DNA of 64,000 nucleotides from Phycisphaerales bacterium (GCA_041580235.1 JBFGEG010000004.1:1472-65471); one strand, 5' to 3'; counted from the stretch's first letter, positions 18,636 to 27,284 are shown. Notes: generated from the letters alone by a model not told the origin. Made by a program: numbers and translations.

Positions 18636-18701
18636 GTTGCCCAGGAGGGTCAGGACATCGCTGATGCCGACCACGCAGTCGCCGTCGATGCCGCGACGCA
18701 C
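18636..18701 (-). pseudogene. orphan dockerin-like repeat remnant (VRRGIDGDCVVGISDVLTLLGN-stop)
   Basis: Hand translation of the minus strand in the intergenic region. It resembles the second dockerin-like repeat of the EEP protein (DVDCDCIVGISDFLLVLGLWG). There is no supporting upstream ORF, and the frame runs into the dehydratase 3' end. Confidence 0.3.
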
Positions 18702-18727
18702 GGCGGCGGGCAGCCGCGGCGTCGCCG

Positions 18728-19696
18728 TCACCAGGGCAGGTGGTCGAGGTCGATATTGCCGCCGGACAGGATGACGCCCACGCGTTGCAGGCCGTCGAGT
18801 GAATTGAGCTCGTCGGAAAGGGCGACGGCAACCGCCACGGCGGCGCTGGGTTCGATGAGGATCTTCATGCGTTGCCAGACGTGACGCATCGCCTCGATGA
18901 TCCGGTCGTCGTCCACCGTGATCACCCGCTCAACGTGATCGCGAACGATGGGCCAGGTGAGCTCACCCAGGCTCGTGAGCAGTCCGTCGCAGATCGTGTG
19001 GGGGGCGGTCTGGGGAATGAGCCGGCCGGCGGCCAGGGAACGGGCCGCGTCGTCGGCGCCGGCGGGCTCGGCAGCGAGGAGGCGGACTGCGGGCCGCAGC
19101 CCGCGAGCCGCGATGCAGGTGCCGGCCATCAGGCCGCCGCCGCCGATGGGGGCGATGACGGCGTCGAGCTCGGAGACGTCCTCCAGAAGCTCCAGCGCCG
19201 CGGTCCCCTGGCCCGCGATGATGTCGGGGTGGTCGTAGGGAGGGATCATGACCGCGCCGCTGCGCTGCCGGACCTCGTCGGCCATGGCCTCACGGGCGAC
19301 CAGCGTCGGCTCGCACAGGTACACGCGGCCGCCGTAGCCCGCGGTCGCCTGGCGTTTCACCGGGTGGGCGTTGTCGGGCATCACGATGTGGGCGTCGACG
19401 CCACGGAGCCGGGCGGCAAGGGCCAGCGCCTGCGCGTGGTTGCCGCTGGAGTGGGTGGCCACGCCGCGAGCGGCGCGGTCGTCGGGCAGCCTCATCACGG
19501 CATTGCACGCACCGCGGAACTTGAACGCACCCACCTTCTGGAACGGCTCGCACTTGAAGAACAGCGTCCGTCCGGCCATCTCGTCGAGGGCGGCGCAGGT
19601 CATGACCGGTGTGCGGTGCGCGTACGGCGCGATGCGAACGGCCGCTTCACGCACGACATCGAGGTCGGCGGCGTAGGTGACGGCCTGCGGCGTCAC
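18728..19696 (-). CDS. PLP-dependent threonine/serine dehydratase family protein (serine racemase-like)
   Basis: PLP-lysine motif KVGAFKFRGA and Gly-rich loop APIGGGGLMAG. GTG start 19696 shares a GTGA overlap with the dapL stop. The ORF-track N-terminal extension is a shadow over dapL. Confidence 0.88.
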   Translation of the reverse strand: MTPQAVTYAADLDVVREAAVRIAPYAHRTPVMTCAALDEMAGRTLFFKCEPFQKVGAFKFRGACNAVMRLPDDRAARGVATHSSGNHAQALALAARLRGVDAHIVMPDNAHPVKRQATAGYGGRVYLCEPTLVAREAMADEVRQRSGAVMIPPYDHPDIIAGQGTAALELLEDVSELDAVIAPIGGGGLMAGTCIAARGLRPAVRLLAAEPAGADDAARSLAAGRLIPQTAPHTICDGLLTSLGELTWPIVRDHVERVITVDDDRIIEAMRHVWQRMKILIEPSAAVAVAVALSDELNSLDGLQRVGVILSGGNIDLDHLPW

Positions 19697-20940
19697 GCCT
19701 GCACCGGCGCCACCGATCTGAGCCGATCGACGACCTCCTCGACGTTGGCCCGCGTGTTGAAGGCCGAGATCCGGAAGAACCCCTCGCCGCAGCGCCCGAA
19801 GCCGCTGCCCGGCACCACCACCACGTTGGCCCCGCTCAGGAGGTGGTCGAACATCTGCCAGCTCGTCTCGCCGTTGGGGCACGCGACCCACACGTAGGGT
19901 GCGTTGACGCCGCCCCAGACCCGCCATCCGAGTGATTCGCAGCCCTCGCGCAGGATGCGGGCGTTGGTCAGGTAGTGCTCGATGAGCGCCGACACCTGCT
20001 GCCTTCCCGCGGGCGAATACAACGACTCGGCCGCCCGCTGCACGGGGTAGCTCACGCCGTTGGAGCGCGTGTTCCAGCGGCGCTCCCACAAGTCGCGCAG
20101 CGGCACGCGGCGGCCGTCGCGGGTGGTCGCCTCGACGCCGCGGGGGCAGACCGTATAGCCGCAACGGAGCCCCGTGAACCCGCCGTTCTTTGAGAAGCTG
20201 TGGAACTCGACCGCGCAGCGGCACGCGCCGGGAGCCTCGTAGATCGACCGGGGCAGGTTGGGGTCGCTGATGTACTCCATGTAGGCGACGTCATAGAGGA
20301 GGATCGCGTCGTGCCGCAGTGCATAGTCCACCCACACGCGGAGCTGCTCATGGGTGATCATCGAGCCCGTGGGGTTGTTGGGGAAGCACAGGTAGACCAG
20401 ATCGACCTTCTCGGCAGGAGGCGCGGCCACGAAGCCGTTGTCGGGCGTGCACGGAAGGTACACGATGCCCTCGTAGCCGCCGTCCTTGCCGGCGGGGCCC
20501 GTGTTGCCGCACATGACGTTCGTGTCCACGTAGACTGGGTACACCGGGTCAGTCACCGCGACGCGGTTGCCGGCGCCGAGGATCTCCAGGATGTGGCCGC
20601 AGTCGCCCTTGGAGCCGTCGGAGACGAAGACCTCCGAGGCATCGATGTCGAGGCCCCGATCGCGGAAGTCGTGCTCGGCGACGGCACTCCGGAGGAAGTC
20701 GTAGCCCGCGCCCGGCCCGTAGCCGCGAAAGGTCTCGCGATGGGCCAGCTCGTCGATCGCCTTGTGCACGGCCTCGACGGCGGTGTGCGGCAGCGGTTCG
20801 GTGACGTCACCAACACCGCAATGGATGATCCGTCCGGCCGCCTCCGGGTGAGCGCGGCTGAACGCGTCGATGCGGCGTCCGATCTCGGGAAACAGGTACC
20901 CGCCGGCGAGCTTCAGGTAGTGCTCGTTGACAAAGGCCAC
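19693..20940 (-). CDS. dapL: LL-diaminopimelate aminotransferase
   Basis: Characteristic N-terminus VNEHYLKLAGGYLFPEIGRRI and class I aminotransferase core. GTG start shares one nucleotide with the rplT stop (TAGTG). Confidence 0.9.
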   Translation of the reverse strand: MAFVNEHYLKLAGGYLFPEIGRRIDAFSRAHPEAAGRIIHCGVGDVTEPLPHTAVEAVHKAIDELAHRETFRGYGPGAGYDFLRSAVAEHDFRDRGLDIDASEVFVSDGSKGDCGHILEILGAGNRVAVTDPVYPVYVDTNVMCGNTGPAGKDGGYEGIVYLPCTPDNGFVAAPPAEKVDLVYLCFPNNPTGSMITHEQLRVWVDYALRHDAILLYDVAYMEYISDPNLPRSIYEAPGACRCAVEFHSFSKNGGFTGLRCGYTVCPRGVEATTRDGRRVPLRDLWERRWNTRSNGVSYPVQRAAESLYSPAGRQQVSALIEHYLTNARILREGCESLGWRVWGGVNAPYVWVACPNGETSWQMFDHLLSGANVVVVPGSGFGRCGEGFFRISAFNTRANVEEVVDRLRSVAPVQA

Positions 20941-21350
20941 TAGACCGAAGCGTGGTTGGGTTTCTGCTCTCTGGCAGTGTCCGCAGCCGGAGCCGGCGCC
21001 GACTGGGTCCCTGCCAGGGTGACCAGCTGGTCAAAGACCGTGGGCTGCTCGATGGCGAGCTGGCTGAGCATCTTGCGGTTGAGCAGCACGCCGGCTCGCT
21101 GGAGACCGTGGATGAACCGGCTGTATCGCGTGCCGCGCATGCGGCAGGCAGCAGAGAGCCGGATGATCCACAGACGCCTCAGGTCACGACGCCGCGCCCG
21201 CCGATCGCGATAGGCGAACTGCCCCGCCCGCAGCACGGCGACCTTTGCCTGCTGCTTGTGCTTGCTGTGCGTGCCGCGATAACCGCGCACGGCCCGCAGC
21301 AGTCGCCGTCGGGCCTGAGTTCGCGCAGCACCTTTGCGGGCACGGGGCAT
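20940..21350 (-). CDS. rplT: 50S ribosomal protein L20 (with about 20-aa C-terminal extension)
   Basis: MPRARKGAARTQARRRLL...GYRG...FAYRDRR..RRDLRRLWI.R..AA.R canonical L20 sequence. Confidence 0.95.
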   Translation of the reverse strand: MPRARKGAARTQARRRLLRAVRGYRGTHSKHKQQAKVAVLRAGQFAYRDRRARRRDLRRLWIIRLSAACRMRGTRYSRFIHGLQRAGVLLNRKMLSQLAIEQPTVFDQLVTLAGTQSAPAPAADTAREQKPNHASV

Positions 21351-21385
21351 GGTTCTTCTCCAGGGCAGTAAGCACCGCCCAAATA

Positions 21386-21682
21386 CTATTCCTTCGCGGC
21401 CTTGGACGGCTTGGCGGCCGCCGGGCCGGCCTTGGCGACCGTCGGGGACGCCTTTCCGGCGGCCCCATCGGAGCGGCGAGATCTCACCTTGAGCTGCAGC
21501 AGCTCCCGCAACCGGCCCGCATCCGCGTCCGAGGCGTACGTGGGGAGCCGGTAGCTGCGGATCGTCTGCCCCGACTTGTGGCTGCGCAGGTGCCGGCCGA
21601 AGGCCCGCTGGAACTTGATCTTCCCGCTCTTGGTGATCCGCACCCGCTTGAGCAGGCCCTTGTGTGACTTGTTCTTTGGCAT
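21386..21682 (-). CDS. rpmI: 50S ribosomal protein L35 with Ala/Lys/Pro-rich C-terminal tail
   Basis: MPKNKSHKGLLKRVRITKSGKIKFQRAFGRHL canonical L35 core. Start ATG 21682. Extra tail GKASPTVAKAGPAAAKPSKAAKE. Confidence 0.9.
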   Translation of the reverse strand: MPKNKSHKGLLKRVRITKSGKIKFQRAFGRHLRSHKSGQTIRSYRLPTYASDADAGRLRELLQLKVRSRRSDGAAGKASPTVAKAGPAAAKPSKAAKE

Positions 21683-22000
21683 GACAGCGATACCGCCTTC
21701 GGATCTGGCCCGCCGGGGCCGGGTCCCACCCGCATCCTCCGTGAAAGGCTGGACCGCGAAGCGTAGCAAGGGGGGATGGTGAATGTCAATAAGAGAGGGG
21801 TTAAGCGGTGAGGGGTTGGTCAAGAGCCATGAGGGGAGAGGCGGCCACCGCGCGGCCCCGGTTCCAGGGATGCCGGGGTGTGCCGAGCGAGGCGAGGGTT
21901 CCAATCCGAGGCAGGATGCCTCGGATCTGACAGGACCCGTCCGCGGTACGGATGCCGCGGTCGGACCGCCACGACGCCGACGGCAGTACGAGAAGCACCC

Positions 22001-22023
22001 GCCGCGCGAGGACGCCGCGCGGC
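22001..22023 (-). terminator. GC hairpin immediately after the anti-sigma gene
   Basis: GCCGCGCG-N7-CGCGCGGC, an 8-bp stem. No T tract, so factor-independent termination is uncertain. Confidence 0.35.
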
Positions 22024-22024
22024 T

Positions 22025-22942
22025 TCAGTGAGCCAGGAAAACGTCCGTCGGGTCATCCACGGGCTGGTTGGCCTTGAGGATCGGCGCCCTGGCCGGCAGC
22101 CAGATGTTGTCGTTGCCGCCCACCACCGGCTGCACCAGCCAGACCGTCTGCGCGTCGGATCCAAGGACCCACTGACCGCGCCCGCCGTGGTTGATCGAAA
22201 CGGTCAACGGCGGGATGCTCCGGCCGGACCGGACGGCGTCGATGATCGGGTTACGGTCGCCCAGAACCAGCGTGACACGCCCGGTGCCCCAGTGGGGCAG
22301 ATGGCCGGGCACCTGCCACTGATAGCTGTAGCTCTCGCCGGGCAGACCATCGTGCCCGGGGCAGGTCAGGTGGCCGCGCTCGCAGTAGCCGTTGTCGATG
22401 AGCGGCTTGAGGTTCACCACGTTGTGGTTCGTCGGGGACCATGAGCTGAACAGTCCCGCCCGGGCGATGGGCATCGCACCGTTGTAGTCTTCGGAATACT
22501 GGTTGAACGCCCACGCCATCTGACGCAGGTTGTTGTTACACCCGCTGTCCACGGACCGCTGGCGAATGTAGCTCATCACCGGCCAGACGACGCTCGCCCC
22601 GATGAGGATCACCGCGGCGATCGAGATGAAGTCGGGCAGCCGGCGGCCCCGCCCGGTCCGCTCGGCGTCGAGGGCCGCATTCTCGAACGCCAGACGAGCT
22701 GCGCGATCGTCCTCCGCCCGGTCGATCCTGGCCAGCGTCGCGTGAACGAGGGTGTCGTCGGCGTCCTCGACGGGGTAGTCCTCGAGCAGCTCGAAGAGGC
22801 CCGTCAGCGTGTCGGCGCGGCGCTGATCGCTCGGCGACAGCCCCTCCAGCGCCTCGGCGTCGAAGCCGCCCTCGACCAGGGCGTCAAGCAGACGCTGATC
22901 GTCCGGTGAAAGCCCCCCCGGTTGATCGGTGTGTGTGGTCAT
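22025..22942 (-). CDS. putative anti-sigma factor, single-pass, with DUF1559-like (H-X9-DG-type) extracytoplasmic domain
   Basis: ATGA overlap with the ECF sigma stop (22939-22942). Acidic N-terminal domain, then one TM (FISIAAVILIGASVVWPV). Then SGCNNNLRQMAWAFNQYSEDYNGAMP, matching the DUF1559 QC.NNLKQ...NY core, and a degenerate C-terminal INHGGRGQWVLGSDA motif. Confidence 0.7.
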   Translation of the reverse strand: MTTHTDQPGGLSPDDQRLLDALVEGGFDAEALEGLSPSDQRRADTLTGLFELLEDYPVEDADDTLVHATLARIDRAEDDRAARLAFENAALDAERTGRGRRLPDFISIAAVILIGASVVWPVMSYIRQRSVDSGCNNNLRQMAWAFNQYSEDYNGAMPIARAGLFSSWSPTNHNVVNLKPLIDNGYCERGHLTCPGHDGLPGESYSYQWQVPGHLPHWGTGRVTLVLGDRNPIIDAVRSGRSIPPLTVSINHGGRGQWVLGSDAQTVWLVQPVVGGNDNIWLPARAPILKANQPVDDPTDVFLAH

Positions 22943-23538
22943 ATTGAGCGACCCTCTCGAACCATGGCTGCCTTCCACGCCTTGGCAAAGGCTGCGACCG
23001 CCGTGTGAAGCCTGCTCTTGACCGTCCCCAGTGGGATGTGCAGGGCATCGGCGATCTGGTTGTAGCTCAGCCGCTGGAAGTAGCTGAGCAGCAGGATTTC
23101 CCGCAGGTGCGGGGGCATCGAGTCCACCACCGCCTTGACCAGCCGGCTCCGCTCGGCGTCGAGGATGGGCGCGGACGGGCTGGGCAGGTCCGCCTCCAGC
23201 AGATCGACGTACGGCCGGCCCTCCTGCTCGCGATTCATGGGGGCCGAGAGCGAGACGGTGGGCTCGCGCCCGTGCTTGCGGTGGTAGTCGCGGGCCTTGT
23301 TGGCCGCGATCGTAAAGAGCCAGGGCTTGAAACGACGAGTGATATCGAAGGTCTCGGCGGACAGGTGGACCTGAACGAACGTCTCCTGGAAGACGTCCTC
23401 CGCCGCCGACCGGGATCCCAGAAAGCGGATCAGAAAGTGCAGCAGCTGATTGCGATACCGCCCGATAATCTCCGCGAACACCTCACGGTCTCCGTGGACG
23501 TAGTCGTCGATCAGGGTCTCGTCGGTGCGTTCCTCCAC
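22939..23538 (-). CDS. ECF-type RNA polymerase sigma factor
   Basis: Region 2 (GDREVFAEIIGRYRNQLLHFL...DVFQETFVQVH...PWLFTIAANKARDYHRK) and region 4 (LREILLLSYFQRLSYNQIADALHIPLGTVKSRLH). GTG 23538 is preceded by GGAG. ATG 23649 is an upstream alternative. Confidence 0.85.
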   Translation of the reverse strand: MEERTDETLIDDYVHGDREVFAEIIGRYRNQLLHFLIRFLGSRSAAEDVFQETFVQVHLSAETFDITRRFKPWLFTIAANKARDYHRKHGREPTVSLSAPMNREQEGRPYVDLLEADLPSPSAPILDAERSRLVKAVVDSMPPHLREILLLSYFQRLSYNQIADALHIPLGTVKSRLHTAVAAFAKAWKAAMVREGRSI

Positions 23539-23772
23539 CGCAGTTCTCCGGTCCCTGATGATACGCCCCGACGTGCCCTCCGACGGGTGGCGAAGTGGCC
23601 GCGTCGGAAGTCCGGGAAAAGCGCAGGCGGAGACCGGAATTGCAAGCATCTCGACGGTACTACGCCCCGGTCCCGGGGGGCGTTCGCGCTTTCCCCGGCG
23701 GCTTTTTGCCCCGGCCCGCGGGGCGGTGTGACGACCCCCCCAGGCGTGAAAAATCGGATATCTTCCTGACCG

Positions 23773-24912
23773 ATGCCTGTCCCGGTCTCCCAGATGTCGG
23801 CGGTGGCGTGGTACGTGCTGAAGCAGAAGCTCCGGCGGCGCAAGCACTATCCGCTGGTCCTCATGCTGGAGCCGCTCTTTCGCTGCAACCTGGCGTGTGC
23901 AGGCTGCGGCAAGATCCAGTACCCCGCTCACATCCTCAAGCGTCACCTGACGGTGGAGCAGTGCCTGCGGGCGGTGGACGAGTGCGGGGCGCCGATGGTG
24001 TCCGTCCCCGGAGGGGAACCGCTGCTGTACCCCCACATTGCCGAGCTCGTTGAGCGACTCATCGAGCGCCGGAAATACATTTACCTGTGCACCAACGCCC
24101 TGCTGCTCAAGGAGAAGATCGAGCAGGGGGCCTTCAAGCCGTCCAAGTACCTGACCTTCTCGGTGCACATGGACGGGCAGGAAGAGCACCACGACTTCGC
24201 GGTGTGCCGCGAAGGGACCTACGAGAAGGCGGCGGAGGCCATCCGGCTCGCCGTCGAGAAGGGCTTCCGGGTGACCACCAATACCACGCTCTTCGAGGGG
24301 GCCGACCCCAACTCCGTGCGCGCCTTCTTCGACGAGATGATGACGGTGGGCGTCGAAGGTCTCATGGTCAGCCCCGGCTATGCCTACGACAAGGCGCCCG
24401 ACCAGCAGAGCTTTCTGAAGCGTCGGCAGACCAACGAGCTCTTCGAGATGATCCTCTCCAACCGCTCGAAGCGGTGGCGGTTCAACCAGTCGCCGCTGTT
24501 CCTCGAGTTCCTGATGGGGCGCCGCGACTACGAGTGCACGCCCTGGGGCAACCCCACCTACAACATGTTCGGCTGGCAGAAACCGTGCTACCTGCTGCAG
24601 GACGGGTACGCCGACACGTTCCAGGAGCTCCTGGACGACACCGACTGGGACGCCTACGGCCGCGCCTCCGGCAATCCCCAGTGCCAGCAGTGCATGGTCC
24701 ATTGCGGCCACGAGCCGACGGCGGTGGACCACACCTTTTCGAGCTTCGGCGGGCTCTTTGCGACGTTGCGGGCCATCGTCTTCAACGCATATGCAAACCC
24801 GGCCGCGCGAACGAAGCTGGGCAACGAGGCCAAGAAGCCTCACGGCCCGCTGGCGCGGCTGGTGGAGCTGGGCTTCGCCGACGACCTCAAAGCGAAGGCG
24901 GGGGCGGCCTGA
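23773..24912 (+). CDS. hpnH: adenosyl-hopene transferase, radical SAM (hopanoid side-chain biosynthesis)
   Basis: N-terminus YVLKQKL..RK.YPLVLMLEPLFRCNLACAGCGKIQYP with the CxxxCxxC cluster; full-length HpnH-like sequence. Confidence 0.9.
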   Translation: MPVPVSQMSAVAWYVLKQKLRRRKHYPLVLMLEPLFRCNLACAGCGKIQYPAHILKRHLTVEQCLRAVDECGAPMVSVPGGEPLLYPHIAELVERLIERRKYIYLCTNALLLKEKIEQGAFKPSKYLTFSVHMDGQEEHHDFAVCREGTYEKAAEAIRLAVEKGFRVTTNTTLFEGADPNSVRAFFDEMMTVGVEGLMVSPGYAYDKAPDQQSFLKRRQTNELFEMILSNRSKRWRFNQSPLFLEFLMGRRDYECTPWGNPTYNMFGWQKPCYLLQDGYADTFQELLDDTDWDAYGRASGNPQCQQCMVHCGHEPTAVDHTFSSFGGLFATLRAIVFNAYANPAARTKLGNEAKKPHGPLARLVELGFADDLKAKAGAA

Positions 24913-25031
24913 CCGGCTTCGTCCGCGGCGTGCCCCCTGACCGGGAATAGAATGCCCGGCCCCATCGGTCTGTATCAAGCCCGATGTCGTTTCACGCGAT
25001 CTTCTAAGGATCCACAAGGGGAAAGCCCACC

Positions 25032-26471
25032 ATGAACGGGAAAGTCACGGCCACGGCCCTCCTGATCGGCTTGTCCGCCACCCTGGCCACGCCGCCCGCA
25101 CACGCCCAGATGCAGGCCCAGCGAGACGCGGTCCGCATGGCCAACGACCTGTCGCTCGCGTTCCAGCGGGCGTCCAGGCTCATCGCCCCGTCAGTGGTCA
25201 ACATCACGGCCCGGCAGCGTGTCGCGGCCGGCGGCTCGGGTGGCTCGCCCGAGCTCGACGAGTTCCTCGAGCGTTTCTTCGGCGGGAGAGCCCCCGACAA
25301 CCGGGGAGGTCAGGGAGAAGGACGGTCGTTCGAGAGCATCGGTCAGGGCAGCGGCGTCATTGTCAAGTCCGACGGCTACATCCTCACGAACAACCACGTG
25401 GTCGAGGGGGCTGTCGAGCTGAAGGTCACGCTTCCCAGCGGCCGGCAGTACGACGCCGAGCTGATCGGCACCGACGAGGAGACGGACCTCGCCGTCATCA
25501 AGATCGATGTCAAGGGTCTGGAGCCGGCCGACTTTGCCGACTCCGACGAAATCAAGGTCGGACAGTGGGTGCTGGCCGTCGGCAACCCGTTCGGGCTCGA
25601 CAACACGGTGACGGCCGGCATCGTCAGCGCCGTCGGCCGACCCGCGATGGGTCTGGCCGAGTACGGCAACCTCATCCAGACCGATGCCGCCATCAACCCC
25701 GGCAACAGCGGGGGGCCCCTGGTGAACCTTGACGGAGAGGTCATCGGCATCAACAACGCGATCACCACCCAGACCGGCGGCTACATGGGGATCGGTTTTG
25801 CCATTCCCGCCAACATGGCGAGCAGCGTGCTCGACAGCCTGCTGGAGTCGGGCGAGGTCGTTCGCGGGTGGCTGGGGATCACGATGCGTCCGCTGCTGCC
25901 CGAGGAGGCCGAATCCGTCGGATACCAGGGCCGCGGGGTGATCGTCATCAACGTGTCCGAGGGGAGCCCCGCCGAGAGCTCGGGCCTGGCGGAGGGCGAC
26001 ATCATCACGGCCCTCAACGGACGGCCCGTGGACACCTCGAGCCAGCTCCAGAACGCCGTCGCCCGCCGCGCCCCCGGGACCACGATCGACATGTCCGTCC
26101 TTCGCGAGGGTCGCGCCCTTCAGGTCCCGGTCACGCTCGGCGAGCGGCCGCCGCTGGCCCTGCTGCGGACGGGCCAGAGCGCGGCGCGGGCCTTAGCGGA
26201 CCTCGGCCTGATCATCGGGCCCCTGACCCAGCAGCGCGCCGAGGAGCTCGGCGCGGACTCCAGCGAGGGCGTTCTCGTGCTGGGGGTCGAGCCCGGCGGC
26301 TTCGCCGACGAGCTGAACATACGCGCCGACGACATCATCGTGCGGTTCGACGGTGCGTCGATCAGGACCGTCGACGACCTCAGCCGGGCCACGGTCGGTT
26401 TCGATCCGGACGGAAGCGTCCGCATCGAGGTTCTGCGTCGCGGCCGCCGGCGGACGTTCGCCGTCGAGTAG
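25032..26471 (+). CDS. HtrA/DegP-family periplasmic serine protease with two PDZ domains
   Basis: Signal peptide, catalytic TNNHV...DLAVIKI...GNSGGPLVN triad context, and two PDZ-like C-terminal segments. Confidence 0.92.
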   Translation: MNGKVTATALLIGLSATLATPPAHAQMQAQRDAVRMANDLSLAFQRASRLIAPSVVNITARQRVAAGGSGGSPELDEFLERFFGGRAPDNRGGQGEGRSFESIGQGSGVIVKSDGYILTNNHVVEGAVELKVTLPSGRQYDAELIGTDEETDLAVIKIDVKGLEPADFADSDEIKVGQWVLAVGNPFGLDNTVTAGIVSAVGRPAMGLAEYGNLIQTDAAINPGNSGGPLVNLDGEVIGINNAITTQTGGYMGIGFAIPANMASSVLDSLLESGEVVRGWLGITMRPLLPEEAESVGYQGRGVIVINVSEGSPAESSGLAEGDIITALNGRPVDTSSQLQNAVARRAPGTTIDMSVLREGRALQVPVTLGERPPLALLRTGQSAARALADLGLIIGPLTQQRAEELGADSSEGVLVLGVEPGGFADELNIRADDIIVRFDGASIRTVDDLSRATVGFDPDGSVRIEVLRRGRRRTFAVE

Positions 26472-26501
26472 CATGGACGGGTGGTTCCCCTGGAGTGACC
26501 C

Positions 26502-27200
26502 ATGTCCTGGTGGGTGAGCAGCTTTGCGCAGTCCGGCCGCTACATCGAGCTGGTCAGCTGGATCTTCTGGGTGCTGCTCTCGATCACGCTGCACGAGCTC
26601 GCGCACGGGTGGGCCGCGCTGTGGCAGGGCGACGACACGCCGGCCCGGCTCAATCGCCTGACGCTGAATCCCGTGGTCCACATGGGCGTGCCGTCGCTGG
26701 TGATGTTCGCGCTGTGCGGCATCGCCTGGGGGGCAATGCCCGTGAACCCTCACCGGTTCAAGGACGGGCACCGCGGTGACATCTACGTCTCGGCGGCGGG
26801 CCCGGCGATGAACCTGCTGATCGCGCTGGCATGCCTGGTGATGCTGACTCTCTGGGGGGCGGTCGGACCGGAGGACTCGCCCCTGGCCCGCAACGTCACC
26901 GTCTTCTTGTACTTCGGCGTCGCGCTGAACTTCATCCTGGCGCCCTTCAACCTCATGCCGATACCGCCCCTGGACGGCGCCCACATCCTGGCGGGTTTCT
27001 CCCCGCGTATTCGCGAGCTGTACCGGCATCCGCAGGCCGCGCTGTTCGGCCTGTTCATCTTCATCGCCGTCTTCTTCATGAGCCCCATCGGCGGCATCTT
27101 CATCGAGCTCGCCTGGGGCGGGGCCCGCTCGCTCGCCGACGCCGCGGGCCGCCTTGTCGGCAACCCCCCGCTGGCCCAGGCCCTGGCGGGGTCGTTCTGA
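26502..27200 (+). CDS. M50 site-2 protease family membrane metalloprotease (no PDZ)
   Basis: HELAHGW zinc motif in the first TM region, multiple TMs, and a second NLMPIPPLDG motif. Confidence 0.85.
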   Translation: MSWWVSSFAQSGRYIELVSWIFWVLLSITLHELAHGWAALWQGDDTPARLNRLTLNPVVHMGVPSLVMFALCGIAWGAMPVNPHRFKDGHRGDIYVSAAGPAMNLLIALACLVMLTLWGAVGPEDSPLARNVTVFLYFGVALNFILAPFNLMPIPPLDGAHILAGFSPRIRELYRHPQAALFGLFIFIAVFFMSPIGGIFIELAWGGARSLADAAGRLVGNPPLAQALAGSF

Positions 27201-27284
27201 CGGCCGCGTTGATCTTGCCCGACGGGCTGCTATCCTTTCGCGTTCGTCCCCGGGCCTCCGGGGAAGGGTTCGAAGGAGATCGTC

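Noticed and set aside
23539-25017. N-terminal ~490 aa of ORF 22939..25017 (minus strand)
   Set aside because: Only the last ~200 codons encode the ECF sigma factor. The upstream part is antisense to hpnH, which has an intact radical-SAM motif set, and it crosses the divergent promoter region.
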